Of a DNA stretch of 64,000 nucleotides, positions 9,773 to 20,400 are shown one piece after another. The notes under the pieces were generated by a model. The model saw only the letters and a list, made by a program, of their open reading frames with translations. It searched no databases and was not told where the DNA came from. The DNA lies in NCBI GenBank assembly GCA_017610385.1, contig JAFCCC010000002.1, positions 64,001-128,000 of the forward strand, read 5' to 3'. Positions within the stretch are counted from its first letter, which is position 1, and every line of letters starts with the position of its first letter. Source of the DNA: Candidatus Nanohalarchaeota archaeon (GTDB lineage: Archaea; Nanohalarchaeota; Nanosalinia; Nanosalinales; JAFCCC01). The position numbers were made by a program, and so were the translations under genes.

Positions 9773-10771
9773 ATGGGTCAAGAATTTGAAATCGCAGGTG
9801 AAGAAGAAATCATGGAAGATACCACTCCTCGTTCTGAAGAACCTAAAAAATCAGCATCTAAACTAAAATGTCCTGATTGTGGTTGTACTGAATTTAAAGA
9901 AGATCGAGTTAAAGGTGAAGTAGTTTGTACTCGTTGTGGTTTAGTTTTAGAAGATAATATTATTGATGAAGCACCAGAATGGCGAGCTTTTGATGCAGAA
10001 CAAAGAAATCAAAAAGCAAGAGCTGGAGCTCCATTAACGTATACAAAACATGATATGGGTGTTTCGACTGAAATTGGTATGGGTCTTGGAGAACTTTACA
10101 AAGTTTCTGGAAAGAAAAGGGCCCAATATTATAGATTAAGAAAATGGCACAAGAGACTTACTAAATCCAAAGATAGGAATTTGGGTTTTGCTTTGTCTGA
10201 ATTAAATAGATTAATTTCTCATATGAGCTTACCAAAAACAGTTCACGAAGAAGTAGCTCGTTTGTATGAAAAAGCAGTTGATAAAGGATTAGTTAGAGGA
10301 AGATCAATGGAAAGTGTTATCACGGCTTTAATATATATTGTAGCAAGAAAACAAGGTACTCCAAGAACTTTAGACGAAATTAGTGAAGCATCTGACATTG
10401 AAAAAAGAGAAATAGGAAGAGCTTATAGATATGTTGCAAGAGAACTTGGATTAAGAATTTTACCTGCTAAGGCTCAAGACTATCTACCTAGATTTTCAGC
10501 TAAACTTCAACTTTCAGGAGAGGTTCAAGCAAGAGCCAGAAAAATCATCCAAGCTGCGAAACTAAAGGATCTTTTATCGGGTAAAGGACCAACTGGTGTT
10601 GCCGCGGCCGCTTTGTATATTGCAGCAGTACTAGAAGGAGAAAAGAGAACTCAAAGAGAAGTTGCAGACATTGTTGGCGTGACTGAAGTTACAATTAGAA
10701 ATAGATACAAAGAATTAGTCGATAAGTTGGGTTTAGAGGAAGAAGTCGAAAAGCGAAACGAGGAAGCTTAA
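9773..10771 (+). CDS. tfb: Transcription initiation factor IIB
   Basis: Zn ribbon CPDCG...CTRCG, PEWRAFD B-reader, two cyclin repeats, GVTEVTIRNRYKEL. Confidence 0.97.
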   Translation: MGQEFEIAGEEEIMEDTTPRSEEPKKSASKLKCPDCGCTEFKEDRVKGEVVCTRCGLVLEDNIIDEAPEWRAFDAEQRNQKARAGAPLTYTKHDMGVSTEIGMGLGELYKVSGKKRAQYYRLRKWHKRLTKSKDRNLGFALSELNRLISHMSLPKTVHEEVARLYEKAVDKGLVRGRSMESVITALIYIVARKQGTPRTLDEISEASDIEKREIGRAYRYVARELGLRILPAKAQDYLPRFSAKLQLSGEVQARARKIIQAAKLKDLLSGKGPTGVAAAALYIAAVLEGEKRTQREVADIVGVTEVTIRNRYKELVDKLGLEEEVEKRNEEA

Positions 10772-10772
10772 A
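10749..10772 (+). repeat. 24-bp direct repeat, copy 1 (tfb 3' end)
   Basis: aaaagcgaaacgaggaagcttaaa; 22/24 identical to 11748-11771. Confidence 0.8.
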
Positions 10773-11184
10773 TCTCAGTTAAATATTTTTCTTTTAGGTT
10801 TTTTCTCATTGCAAAAATTTTGAGTAAAAGCAATTTACCTTGTTCAAGATCTAGTTTTGTTCCATAATAGTTTATGCCATTTCGAATATATCTAAATTTG
10901 TCAAAATCTTTGAAATTAAAATTTTCTAAAATAGCATTTAGTAATTCACCAACACACACATGAGATAAAACCTTATAGCCATTTAAAACGCATAACGCAT
11001 CTAAAATCTCTCTCAAAGAATCGTACGCCAATGAAACATACGCTGAAACAGAAATCTCAGTTATTTTTGCCAACTTGATCGTTTGTTCTTTTGAATTCGA
11101 CATTTCAGTCAGAGATTTTACAAGTTCTAGATTTACTCTAGTTTTTTTTATTACACCTTTCCGAAAACACTCGTCTAAATCCAT
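10768..11184 (-). CDS. HEPN domain toxin of a HEPN-MNT pair
   Basis: AYDSLRE, SHVCV and RYIRNGINYYG motifs; overlaps the upstream MNT gene. Confidence 0.8.
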   Translation of the reverse strand: MDLDECFRKGVIKKTRVNLELVKSLTEMSNSKEQTIKLAKITEISVSAYVSLAYDSLREILDALCVLNGYKVLSHVCVGELLNAILENFNFKDFDKFRYIRNGINYYGTKLDLEQGKLLLLKIFAMRKNLKEKYLTEI

Positions 11185-11699
11185 TTTATCGCTCCTTGCA
11201 AAACTAGCCCATTAAGAATGTTATTTATCAGATGTTTGTTTTTTATTTCTTTTAAATCGGTCACTGCAAAAATTTGAAGTTTTCGTCCCAATAATTGCTC
11301 AAATTTTTTCAGTTTTGGAAATTCTTTTGTGGTTTCTGAAATAATCACAAAATCAAAATCACTTGTTTCTGTATCTAAACCGTCTGCAGTAGAACCAAAT
11401 AATATAATCGTAGGTTTTAAATATGTTTTATTTAATTCTGCAATCAGTCCACACGTTTTTATCTTTCTTATACTATAATATACTTTTAAATCTCGATAGG
11501 AATCACTTTCAATATTCGCCTTGTAAAGTTTGAGAGTTCTTTCTTGTCTTGTTTGTAAAATGTGAAGTTCATTTAATTTTTTCAAATTTTTACTGGCGGT
11601 AGCAGGCGCTATTTTTGAAATCCTGGCAACCTCTCTTACATTAAATTCGCAATTTGGTTCTTCAAAAAATAATCTTAATATGTTTAATATTTTGAACAT
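11175..11699 (-). CDS. HTH-fused minimal nucleotidyltransferase (MNT antitoxin)
   Basis: N-terminal wHTH (VREVARISKIAPATASKNL); ILFGSTADG...SDFD NTase motif. Confidence 0.88.
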   Translation of the reverse strand: MFKILNILRLFFEEPNCEFNVREVARISKIAPATASKNLKKLNELHILQTRQERTLKLYKANIESDSYRDLKVYYSIRKIKTCGLIAELNKTYLKPTIILFGSTADGLDTETSDFDFVIISETTKEFPKLKKFEQLLGRKLQIFAVTDLKEIKNKHLINNILNGLVLQGAIKWI

Positions 11700-11747
11700 A
11701 TGTTCATTTTTATAAACACTTATTTAAATAGATTTGTCTTTTGATTA

Positions 11748-11771
11748 AAAAGAGAAATGAGGAAGCTTAAA
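11748..11771 (+). repeat. 24-bp direct repeat, copy 2 (orphan tfb 3' end)
   Basis: aaaagagaaatgaggaagcttaaa, still reads KRNEEA*. Confidence 0.8.
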
Positions 11772-11794
11772 ATTCTTCAATTTAATTTACATAT

Positions 11795-12028
11795 TTGAGT
11801 ATGGACTTTAAAAAAATTCGGAGAATTTTAGATAGAGTAGATTCTATTGTAGAGCCACGTGAAACTTTGATTTATGGCGCGATTAATGTATTTAGTGGTG
11901 GTGTTGTATTTTATGGCCTTTCTTTTGGTTCACCAGAGGAATCTCAAGCTTTGATTAATCTCGTAATACTAATTGGCGCTGCAAGTTACGGTGCAAGCTA
12001 TGGTAAACTAATCTCTAAAAAATACTAA
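11795..12028 (+). CDS. Small two-TM membrane protein
   Basis: Two hydrophobic helices, basic C-terminus. Confidence 0.55.
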   Translation: MSMDFKKIRRILDRVDSIVEPRETLIYGAINVFSGGVVFYGLSFGSPEESQALINLVILIGAASYGASYGKLISKKY

Positions 12029-12059
12029 TTTTAAATAGAATCTGCTTCTTACAGTTCTT

Positions 12060-12572
12060 ATGCCACAATTTATTCGTTACCCGCAAAAAAGACCTAAGAA
12101 AAAGAAAACATGGGTACAAAAAATGAATTCATACAAAGATTTGCCTAAAATTCAAGAGATGAGTGGAAAATTAAAAGAGATTCATGGTTCAGGAAGAATT
12201 TTGCTTCCTGCCCCGTCAGATATTTATGAAATAATGAAAAGTATTCCAGAAGGAACTATAATTACAATTGATCAAATTGGTGAAATCTTGAAAGAACATT
12301 ATAAAGTGGATGTTGTGGATTTAGTTCGTTTAGGTTTATTTGCTAAAATATGTGCTCATGCGTCCCAAGAAAAGCGAAAATTAGATCATAGTGTATTTTT
12401 TCCATTTTGGAGAACCCTGAAAAGAGATGGAAGTTTAAATCCAAATTATCCCGGCGGAATAGCTATTCAGAAAAGACTATTAGAAAGAGAAGGTCATTTA
12501 GTGGTTAAAAGAGCCACTAAATTTATTGTTAAAGACTATCAAAAAACAATGTTTGAATCTGGAGAACACTAA
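12060..12572 (+). CDS. MGMT-family DNA-binding, alkyltransferase-like (ATL) protein
   Basis: MKSIPEGTIIT...PFWRTLKRDGSLNPNYPGG...QKRLLEREGH; no catalytic PCHR Cys. Confidence 0.8.
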   Translation: MPQFIRYPQKRPKKKKTWVQKMNSYKDLPKIQEMSGKLKEIHGSGRILLPAPSDIYEIMKSIPEGTIITIDQIGEILKEHYKVDVVDLVRLGLFAKICAHASQEKRKLDHSVFFPFWRTLKRDGSLNPNYPGGIAIQKRLLEREGHLVVKRATKFIVKDYQKTMFESGEH

Positions 12573-12606
12573 TGATTTGTCTTAGACTTTCTTTTTAGTT
12601 AATTCA

Positions 12607-12897
12607 TTAAAGTGCGTCTTTGACTGTGCCTGTTTTTTCTTTAAAGTTAATTCCATAAGAACTCATTGCACTTTCCATATTTGGACCAAATGCGCCTGCA
12701 ATAACTAACTCTACTTTTTTGTCCTTAAGTACTTTAGCTACTCCAAAACCTGCACCGCCACCCCCCATTCGAAACGGATTTTTTATTGTTTCTACTAAGG
12801 TTCCATTCTCGAAAATTAAGTAGAATGGAGATCTACCTGCCTGTTGACTTATTTCAGAGTCCTCTTGATCGGATAATGCTGCTATAGCTATTTTCAT
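12607..12897 (-). CDS. NifB/NifX-family (FeMo-cofactor-binding fold) protein
   Basis: MKIAIA..., GRSPFYLIF, NP...GGGAG, VIAGAFGPN. Confidence 0.88.
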   Translation of the reverse strand: MKIAIAALSDQEDSEISQQAGRSPFYLIFENGTLVETIKNPFRMGGGGAGFGVAKVLKDKKVELVIAGAFGPNMESAMSSYGINFKEKTGTVKDAL

Positions 12898-13418
12898 TTT
12901 TTCACCCCCACAAACTTTTCTAAAAGATATCCATTAATTATTGAAAAGATAATTGTATATATTGCTAAAATGAATGTAAATGTCCAACCAAAATAAAGAA
13001 CCAACACAGGTAGTAAGGGAATTTTAATTGAGCGATTATACAAAAATGTGGATATTAATGCTAAACGCATTCCTTTTTCTTTAAGTTCACTTAGTAGTGG
13101 ATACCATAGGTAAATTGGACCAGTAGATAATATCCCACCAATAATTGCTATAACCCAGCCTTTGATTTTTGATTTTTGCCCGAGAAAATTCTTAATTTGC
13201 TTTGGTTTTATGAATAAACTAGTTAGGAAAAGTAAAACAATAACTCCTGCGAACGTTGGAAGTATTTTTAAAAATAACCCGCCCGAATAGATAAAAGCGC
13301 GATAAACCAAGTTGGGAGATAAAATAAAAAGGACTAAATAAAGCAAAGAGATTCCAAATACAAAAAGCATTGTACCGGTTATTCTTTCTTTTAATTTCCT
13401 TAATTTATTTAATTTCAT
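12894..13418 (-). CDS. Permease half (DUF318/ArsP-like)
   Basis: Multi-TM; GILSTGPIYLWYPLL, FLYNRSIKIPLLP. Confidence 0.75.
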   Translation of the reverse strand: MKLNKLRKLKERITGTMLFVFGISLLYLVLFILSPNLVYRAFIYSGGLFLKILPTFAGVIVLLFLTSLFIKPKQIKNFLGQKSKIKGWVIAIIGGILSTGPIYLWYPLLSELKEKGMRLALISTFLYNRSIKIPLLPVLVLYFGWTFTFILAIYTIIFSIINGYLLEKFVGVKK

Positions 13419-13843
13419 AGTAACCCCAACGTAAAACTCATTAATATTGCAATTACAATAGCTGCAACAAAACTAATTAAATTTCTAAATATCGCAAATT
13501 TCCGTCCTAACATTAAACTTTCAGCAGGGAATTGAACAAACCCAACAGTCACCCATGCAAGAATAAAAGCAAGTACTGCAAGCAAACTGATTCCATTGTT
13601 CAATAACTCACCACCAACAATGTAAGAAGTAATTGGATTGCCTGCGGCTACACTACCTATTGACGCACCAATTATAGGATCTAGAATTATGTTTTTGGTA
13701 AAAATTTTGGAATAAAATTCTTTTGGAACTGCCACAAAAACTATAGAAACTAATAGAACCATTGCAATTAAAATTGGAATTGTTTTTTTTAGGTTATTCC
13801 AAGTTTTTATACCAGCATCTTTAAAATCTAAAGTCATAATCAT
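13415..13843 (-). CDS. Permease half (DUF318/ArsP-like)
   Basis: Multi-TM; GSVAAGNPITSY, AWVTVG..Q.PAE...LG.KFA..RN. Confidence 0.75.
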   Translation of the reverse strand: MIMTLDFKDAGIKTWNNLKKTIPILIAMVLLVSIVFVAVPKEFYSKIFTKNIILDPIIGASIGSVAAGNPITSYIVGGELLNNGISLLAVLAFILAWVTVGFVQFPAESLMLGRKFAIFRNLISFVAAIVIAILMSFTLGLL

Positions 13844-13922
13844 AATGAATACTTATTCATATTTAAAGCTATTGGAACCTGAATCGAATGCAATCTCGCA
13901 ATTCAATACTTACACCTAAAAC

Positions 13923-15026
13923 TTAGAATTGCTTTAAAATAAAGTCTATTGGCGCATTGGTTTTAAAGGCCGTTGGACTGAAATGCGTTTTTGATGTTTC
14001 ATATCCTTGTTTTTGAAGTTTGGATATCAAACCTTCTAATTTTGGGCAATCCTTATTTGAAATTCTAGCTAGCTCGTGGGATTCATAGAAAGGTACTTTG
14101 ATTTCGCTCTCTTCTTCAATCATTTTTGTGAATTTAGCAGCTTTTTCATAACCTCTTTTTTCAAGATCAGATGCAACTTTTGAAACAAATCTTTGATCGC
14201 TTGTCTGGTCTATCCAAAGTGGTCCAGCATAACTTAGTTTTTCTCTGCAATTTGGGCATTTAATAATCTTTTCAACTCCGAGCGCTCGGAAATTACATTT
14301 ACTACAATGAGAAAGATAACCAAATTTTTTTATCGAACGATTTGCGTGTTTAGCGGATTCTTTTACTTTTCCAAATAATCTGTAATAGTGCCGTTCATAA
14401 AAACCTAACAAAGGTTCAAAAGCCAAATCATGTTTTGAAAGGGTTTCAATCACAGCTTTAATAAAAATTCTTACACCAATTTCGTGACAATATTCTGTTT
14501 TTAGGGGTTTTGAATGATATCTCCTTTTACAGGTTTCTTTGTAAGCTCCAGCTAAAACAGCCAAATCCGTTGCAGTTAAACCAATAAATCCGCCGTTTTT
14601 GATTGAACGTGCGGCCATATCTAAGTAATAAATAGGGGAACCAAAGGGGTCTATATCAACAAAATTAAATGTTTTGTAATTTTCAACTAAAATCAGATTT
14701 GCATCTTTATTAAAAACGTCAATTTTTTTAGATTTATTCAATTTCAGATTTTTTTTAATATTTTTAACTGCTTGGGGATTCAGATCAGAAACAATTAGTT
14801 TTTCTATTCCATTTACTTCTTTTTCATATCTTAAACTTCTAATTCCACTTCCAGCCAATGGTTCACAAATTACAAAATCTTTTTCAGATTGTTCTTGTGC
14901 GACTTGCAAACAAGACACAGAAATATCGCGATTCATTTGCATTTTAGAATTGTAAAAAACTTCTGAACTTTTATTTGGATTCTTTTCCACTTTTAAGTTT
15001 AATTTAATTCCTCTTTCTTCTAGCAT
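13923..15026 (-). CDS. trm1: tRNA (guanine26-N2)-dimethyltransferase Trm1
   Basis: VFYNSKMQMNRD, EPLAGSGIRSLRY, DIDPFGSP, Zn ribbon, GPLW, THF; likely start MLEERG at 15026. Confidence 0.95.
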   Translation of the reverse strand: MLEERGIKLNLKVEKNPNKSSEVFYNSKMQMNRDISVSCLQVAQEQSEKDFVICEPLAGSGIRSLRYEKEVNGIEKLIVSDLNPQAVKNIKKNLKLNKSKKIDVFNKDANLILVENYKTFNFVDIDPFGSPIYYLDMAARSIKNGGFIGLTATDLAVLAGAYKETCKRRYHSKPLKTEYCHEIGVRIFIKAVIETLSKHDLAFEPLLGFYERHYYRLFGKVKESAKHANRSIKKFGYLSHCSKCNFRALGVEKIIKCPNCREKLSYAGPLWIDQTSDQRFVSKVASDLEKRGYEKAAKFTKMIEEESEIKVPFYESHELARISNKDCPKLEGLISKLQKQGYETSKTHFSPTAFKTNAPIDFILKQF

Positions 15027-15096
15027 TTTAATTAATAAGAAACAGAAAGAATTTAAAATAGAAACGTATATAAATCGTGATACAAAGTGTAACTTC

Positions 15097-15306
15097 ATGG
15101 AAACAAAAGTTTTGCATGTTAAGGTTCCTGAAGATCAACTGGAATTTTTAGAGGATATTGTAGAAGAAAACCAATACGTGTCCAAATCAGAAATGATTAG
15201 AGAAATGATTCGTAAATTCATTAATGAATATGTAAGTCAAGAGTATAAACGATTCGAAAATGAAAAAAAGGACTTTATTTCTTGGAAAGAATATAAGGGA
15301 AATTAA
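15097..15306 (+). CDS. Ribbon-helix-helix antitoxin
   Basis: VLHVKVP...YVSKSEMIREMIR RHH pattern; directly upstream of a RelE gene. Confidence 0.8.
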   Translation: METKVLHVKVPEDQLEFLEDIVEENQYVSKSEMIREMIRKFINEYVSQEYKRFENEKKDFISWKEYKGN

Positions 15307-15308
15307 AT

Positions 15309-15575
15309 ATGATATTTGAAATTCAAATTCATCCTCGAGTTATAAAATATCTTGATCGACTTTCAAAAATTGAGAAAAATCAATGTGATAAAAATATAGA
15401 AAAACTTTCAGAGGATCCATTTCATACTCATTCTAGTCGCGACATTAAAAAATTACATGGGGACAAAAAAGATCTTTATCGATTAAGAGTGGGAAATAAT
15501 AGAATAGAGTATTTTATAGAAAATAATTCGGTTTGGTTAACAAAAACATTTAAAAGAGAAAGAGGATATAAATAG
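15309..15575 (+). CDS. RelE/ParE family toxin
   Basis: DIKKLHG...YRLRVGNNRI. Confidence 0.85.
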   Translation: MIFEIQIHPRVIKYLDRLSKIEKNQCDKNIEKLSEDPFHTHSSRDIKKLHGDKKDLYRLRVGNNRIEYFIENNSVWLTKTFKRERGYK

Positions 15576-16145
15576 CTAATTTTGTACAGATTTTACATCC
15601 CAAACATCAGGGAGATTTCTAAAGTTTTCAGCTACGTCTATTCCATAACCAACTAAAAATCGATCTTCCGCTATTCTTTCTCCAACAAAATCTAAAGGAA
15701 TGGTCTCTTTTCGTCCAGCAGATTTATCTATTAAACAACAAGTCCGAATAGACGCGGGATTTTTACTCTTAACTAAATCTAAAACTTTGTGAAATGTTGA
15801 ACCGCTGTCTACGACCGTGTCTGTGATTAAAACATGCTTCCCAGTTATATCTAATTTTAAATCTCCTAACTTAACGTCTCCGGCAGTAGTACCGTTTACA
15901 CCATAACTAGATGCAGAGATTGTTCCATACTTAATTGAAATCTTTTGCCCCTCTGGAGAAATTGCTCGTACTAAATCTGCGCTGAAAAAAACACACCCTT
16001 CTGGAATTCCAATAACATATAATGACTCATTGGATCCATTCAAAACACTAGAATAATAATTGCGTATTTTTTCACCTAACTCTTTGACGAGTTCAGAAAT
16101 CTTATTTCTTCCCAGCACCTTTTCGTTTAAAATATATCTTGGCAC
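15576..16145 (-). CDS. hpt: Hypoxanthine/guanine phosphoribosyltransferase
   Basis: VLITDTVVDSGST PRPP loop, SSYG, FLVGYGID..E.FRNLP. Confidence 0.88.
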   Translation of the reverse strand: MPRYILNEKVLGRNKISELVKELGEKIRNYYSSVLNGSNESLYVIGIPEGCVFFSADLVRAISPEGQKISIKYGTISASSYGVNGTTAGDVKLGDLKLDITGKHVLITDTVVDSGSTFHKVLDLVKSKNPASIRTCCLIDKSAGRKETIPLDFVGERIAEDRFLVGYGIDVAENFRNLPDVWDVKSVQN

Positions 16146-16211
16146 TCAACGAAGTTTAGTTAAACTGATATTAATAAGTATGTATCATAGAAATCTTATC
16201 TAATTTTTCTT

Positions 16212-17387
16212 TTATTTCAACTTTCTGACAGCGGCCTCAATTTGATCCATGGCCTGTTCAATTTTAGAATATTCTGTAGCATAACTAAATCGTAAAAATC
16301 CTTCACCATATACTCCGAATTCTGATCCTGGAACTGCGGCTACTTTTGCATTTTTAAGTAACCATTCAGAAAAATCTAAGGATTTCATTTTAAAATCAAA
16401 TTTAGGAAATAAATAAAAGGCCCCGAATGGTTCATGTGCATAGAATCCGGAAATTTCATTGGTTCTTTTATAAATTAGTTTTCTTCGTTTATTATAGGAA
16501 TCTCTCATGCGTTTAATTTCCTTTTTAGCTTGTTTCCAGTTTTTTAAAGCGTCTCTAACAGCGGTTTGAGATGTTGTGGGTGCTGAGAGAGTAGTAAATA
16601 TATGTAATTTATTCATCGCCTTGATTATTTGAGATGGACCAGCAGCATAACCTATCCTAAATCCCGCCATTGCCAAAGTTTTTGAAAAAGTTTGTAGTGT
16701 TAGGGTGTAGTCTTTCATCCCGTTTAAAGAGGCAAAGGAAATGTGCTTTCTTCGTTCGTAAGTTAGGTATTCATAAGCTTCATCTGAAATAACAATAATA
16801 TTATTTTCAACCACGACGTCTGCGAGTTCTTCTAATGCTTTCTTATTCATTACTGTTCCAGTTGGATTTCCAGGGGTATTTAAAATTAAAGCTTTAACTT
16901 TTTTAGGATCTTTTATGGCGTTTTGAAGAGACTCTTTTGTTAAATTAAACTCATTTTCTTGAGTTAACGGAACTGAAACCGGGTATCCATTTAACATTTG
17001 AACCATTGGTCTATACGCCAAAAAACTTGGATCTGGAACTAATACCTCCTCTCCAGGATCAATTAACGCTAACAAAGCAAGAACAAGTGCTTCATTACTT
17101 CCACACGTTACTGAAATGTCATTAGAATTATATGTAATTTTGTTTTCTCTCTTTAATTTTTTTACAATCTCACGCTTTAAATCAGAACGTCCAGAAACAG
17201 GAGAATAATGTGTTTCTTTTTTATCTAGAGATTTTTTAGCGGCTTCTCGCACAAAATCTGGAGAGTAAAAGTCCGGTTCACCAGGACCTAAGGAAATAAT
17301 ATCTTTTCGTTCCTCTGCGATTTTTAATAATTCGCCTATTTTGAATTTTGGTAGTTGAATTATTCTTTTAGATAAATTGTATTTCAT
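16212..17387 (-). CDS. PLP-dependent class I/II (aspartate/aromatic) aminotransferase
   Basis: LGPGEPDF, NTPGNPTG, SDEAY, FSKTLAMAGFRIG, GAFYLFP, FLRFSYA. Confidence 0.93.
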   Translation of the reverse strand: MKYNLSKRIIQLPKFKIGELLKIAEERKDIISLGPGEPDFYSPDFVREAAKKSLDKKETHYSPVSGRSDLKREIVKKLKRENKITYNSNDISVTCGSNEALVLALLALIDPGEEVLVPDPSFLAYRPMVQMLNGYPVSVPLTQENEFNLTKESLQNAIKDPKKVKALILNTPGNPTGTVMNKKALEELADVVVENNIIVISDEAYEYLTYERRKHISFASLNGMKDYTLTLQTFSKTLAMAGFRIGYAAGPSQIIKAMNKLHIFTTLSAPTTSQTAVRDALKNWKQAKKEIKRMRDSYNKRRKLIYKRTNEISGFYAHEPFGAFYLFPKFDFKMKSLDFSEWLLKNAKVAAVPGSEFGVYGEGFLRFSYATEYSKIEQAMDQIEAAVRKLK

Positions 17388-17438
17388 TACGCAATATTAT
17401 TGAATTTTTCAGTTTAAAAAGAATGTGCTTATAAACAA

Positions 17439-20400
17439 TTACTTATCTTTTTTTAAGTGCAGTTTTAATTTGGAAAATTTCTGGCCTAATTTTTGTCGTA
17501 CTTGCTCTCCCTTTAGTTTTCTTAATGATTTTTCTTGCTCTTTTTCTAGTCTTTTTTCCTCTTGAATTTCCTCTTTTAATGTGCTCATTTTTTTATCTGC
17601 TAAGAAATTATATTCTTTTTTGACTTCTTTTTCTTCGTTTTTTTCTTTATTAAGACTTTTTCTTAACTTTTTAATTCTGCTGGGAATCGGCTCGTTAATT
17701 TGTTTTTCTTTTTTCTTAATTTTGAGCATTTTGATTTTGGGCAAAGATACACCCAATTTCTTAATTAATCTTTTATCTTCTGGGACTAAAGAAAAATATA
17801 AAACAAAAGCTACAATTAAAAGAATAATAATTGGTATAACGATATATATCCAAATTGAAACTTTTTTATTTCCAATAATAGTTTCTAAGGTAGCTTTAGC
17901 AGTTGTTAATCTATTATTAATTTCTTTTTGCAATTGAACCACTTGGGCATAATCTTCACTATTCAAGGAATTATTGGCTTGCTGTATTAGAGACTCTACC
18001 TCAGATAACAAAACAACAATTCCTTCTAAGCTCGTTTGGTTCTCAACTGTTTTATTGGCTTTTTCTAATAATTCTTTAACTTTTCCATATTCTATAATGC
18101 AGTCTGCGATAGTTTTGACATATTGTGTTGAATCATTTATAGCCGGTTGTATCTTCACTTTCAAAGTTGCCGTTGCTGTCGCTTCACTCCCTTGGGCTTT
18201 TAAAGTATAATCATAAACACCAACAGAATCATTTTTAGTGGTATTTAATGTTATTTTAATCAATCTGGTTGCACCAGAACTGATTATAGATATTTCGCTT
18301 GGATCTATAGTATTTAATAGAATTCCTGTTAGTGAAATAGTGGTATTCGCGATATTTTGATTTCCTGTATTTTTTAATTGTATTTCAAAACTGGTTGAGT
18401 TTCCTTGAAAAACATTTATAGCTGTTGGTAAGTTCTGCCAAGCTAAAGAATAAGTGTCTGTAGTAGTTGTTTCATTTGTAGTTGAACTTGAGCTGGAGCT
18501 TGAACCATCAGTGGTAGTAGAACCTGTGGTGGTTAAAAAACTCCAGACTTCATTATCTGAATGACCTACTTTATCATAAACGGTGATATTCATATAATAG
18601 GTTGTGCCTTCGTCTAAACTACGGATGTATATTACACCAACACTACTACAATCATCATAAGATAGAGTAGTATATGTAGACTGAGAAGCTCGTCTCCAGG
18701 ACATTATGCAACTACTTGTATCGATTCCAGATTCTCCATCTGAAAAATTTATTTTTAGAACTGCGTTTGTAACCGCTACACCACTGCCTCTTGGTGATCT
18801 AGAATTATAGTCAATAACTGGTGCTGAATTATCAACAGGGATAACCTGTAGGGTACTATTAATGTTGCCGGCTTGATCCTTACATTGAAATAAATATGTG
18901 TAATTTCCATTGGTGTCTATTGTAAAATTACTAGAATTCGTCCAGTCATTAGAATAACTAGTTTCGTTAACAGTATAAACTGATGCACCAGATATGGCAT
19001 CAGAACACGTAACTACCCAAACAACAGAGTTATTATACCACCCACCAGCGCCAGAATACGGTGCAGTTAGATTAGCAACAGAAATGGATGTGGGCGCATC
19101 AAAATCTGTGGAAATATTATAAGAAATTGTAGTGTTTTGATTTAATGTATCATTTGCATAAAGCACCACAGAATAATTATTATTGTTTTCTAAGTTAGTA
19201 ACACTAAAATTAATTTGATAAAGTGTCTGATTTTGAGATTGTGGCCATATATTAAAAGAAGGATAAGTGCCATTAAAGGTTACATTAATTGAATTATTAT
19301 TAATTCCAGACACATCGGTAATGTTAAGCCATATTGTTAAATTAGTATAATTTGTCCAATGTGTGGGATATTTAATTTCTGTGCCGTTTACGTATCTAGA
19401 AAGTTCTGGTGCAGAGAGATCTATTGTAGCATTTAGTGTGCCTGTTTTTGCAGTATTATTGGCTGCGTCATACGCAGTTAAATTAAATTCATATTGATAA
19501 TCATCAATTAGATTTTCAACTAAATAGTTTGTGCTTGTATTTAGTATACTAGAATTTAGATTGTACCAAGAAGTCCAAGAACCAAAACTTCCGGTTTGTT
19601 GAGATAATGAACGATTTCTTGCTAATAAAACATACTGAGAAATATATGTTTCAGAATCTGTAGCCGCGGTCCAATTAAGTGTTAAATTGTTTCTATTATA
19701 AGTATCATTAGAAGTGGGTGTTTGATCTGCGGTATGATTTATTATAAAATTTGTTGCGGCAGTTGGTGCACTAGCGTCTACATGAAAACTCCAGTATCCA
19801 GAAGATAAATTAAGCTCTTTTCCCCAAGTATCATTTGCACTAACATTTACGAAATAGATTGTATCATCATCTAAATTTGTTACAAAATATGTCAATCTTT
19901 TTCCATGAGTTATTGTAACTGAAGAATCTGGGGTTACTTCTGAATTATTAAAATAAAAACTTATTGTTGAAGAGTTTAAGAATCTATCTAAAACGTCTAC
20001 AGTTAGAGTAACATTCTGATCACTGGTGTAGACGGAAGGAGAATAATTAGCTAAGACGGGTGCACGACTATCTATAACAAAGGTATCTGCAATTGTGCCA
20101 TTTGATTGAATTAGGGTGGTATTTGTCTGAGAATTACCCGCCCAATCCGTTAAAGTAATATTAATTATGAACTCTATTTCGGTTGTTGAAAAAGTATACG
20201 AAAGATTACTTTTGTTTTCATCTGGATAATTCGTCATTAAACTAAAATCAATCAACGTTCCATTAGAATATTCAAAAGAAAGATTCGCGTATCTTACTGA
20301 AAAATCTGCATAATTGCATGTAATTGTATTTGTAGACTGATTTGTTGGAGATGTATTATTTATTGTTGTATTAATGAAAGATGGGGCGGTTCTATCAAAG

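Noticed and set aside
12607-12897. Nitrogen fixation
   Set aside because: The NifX-like fold is common outside diazotrophs, and no nifHDK is in the window.
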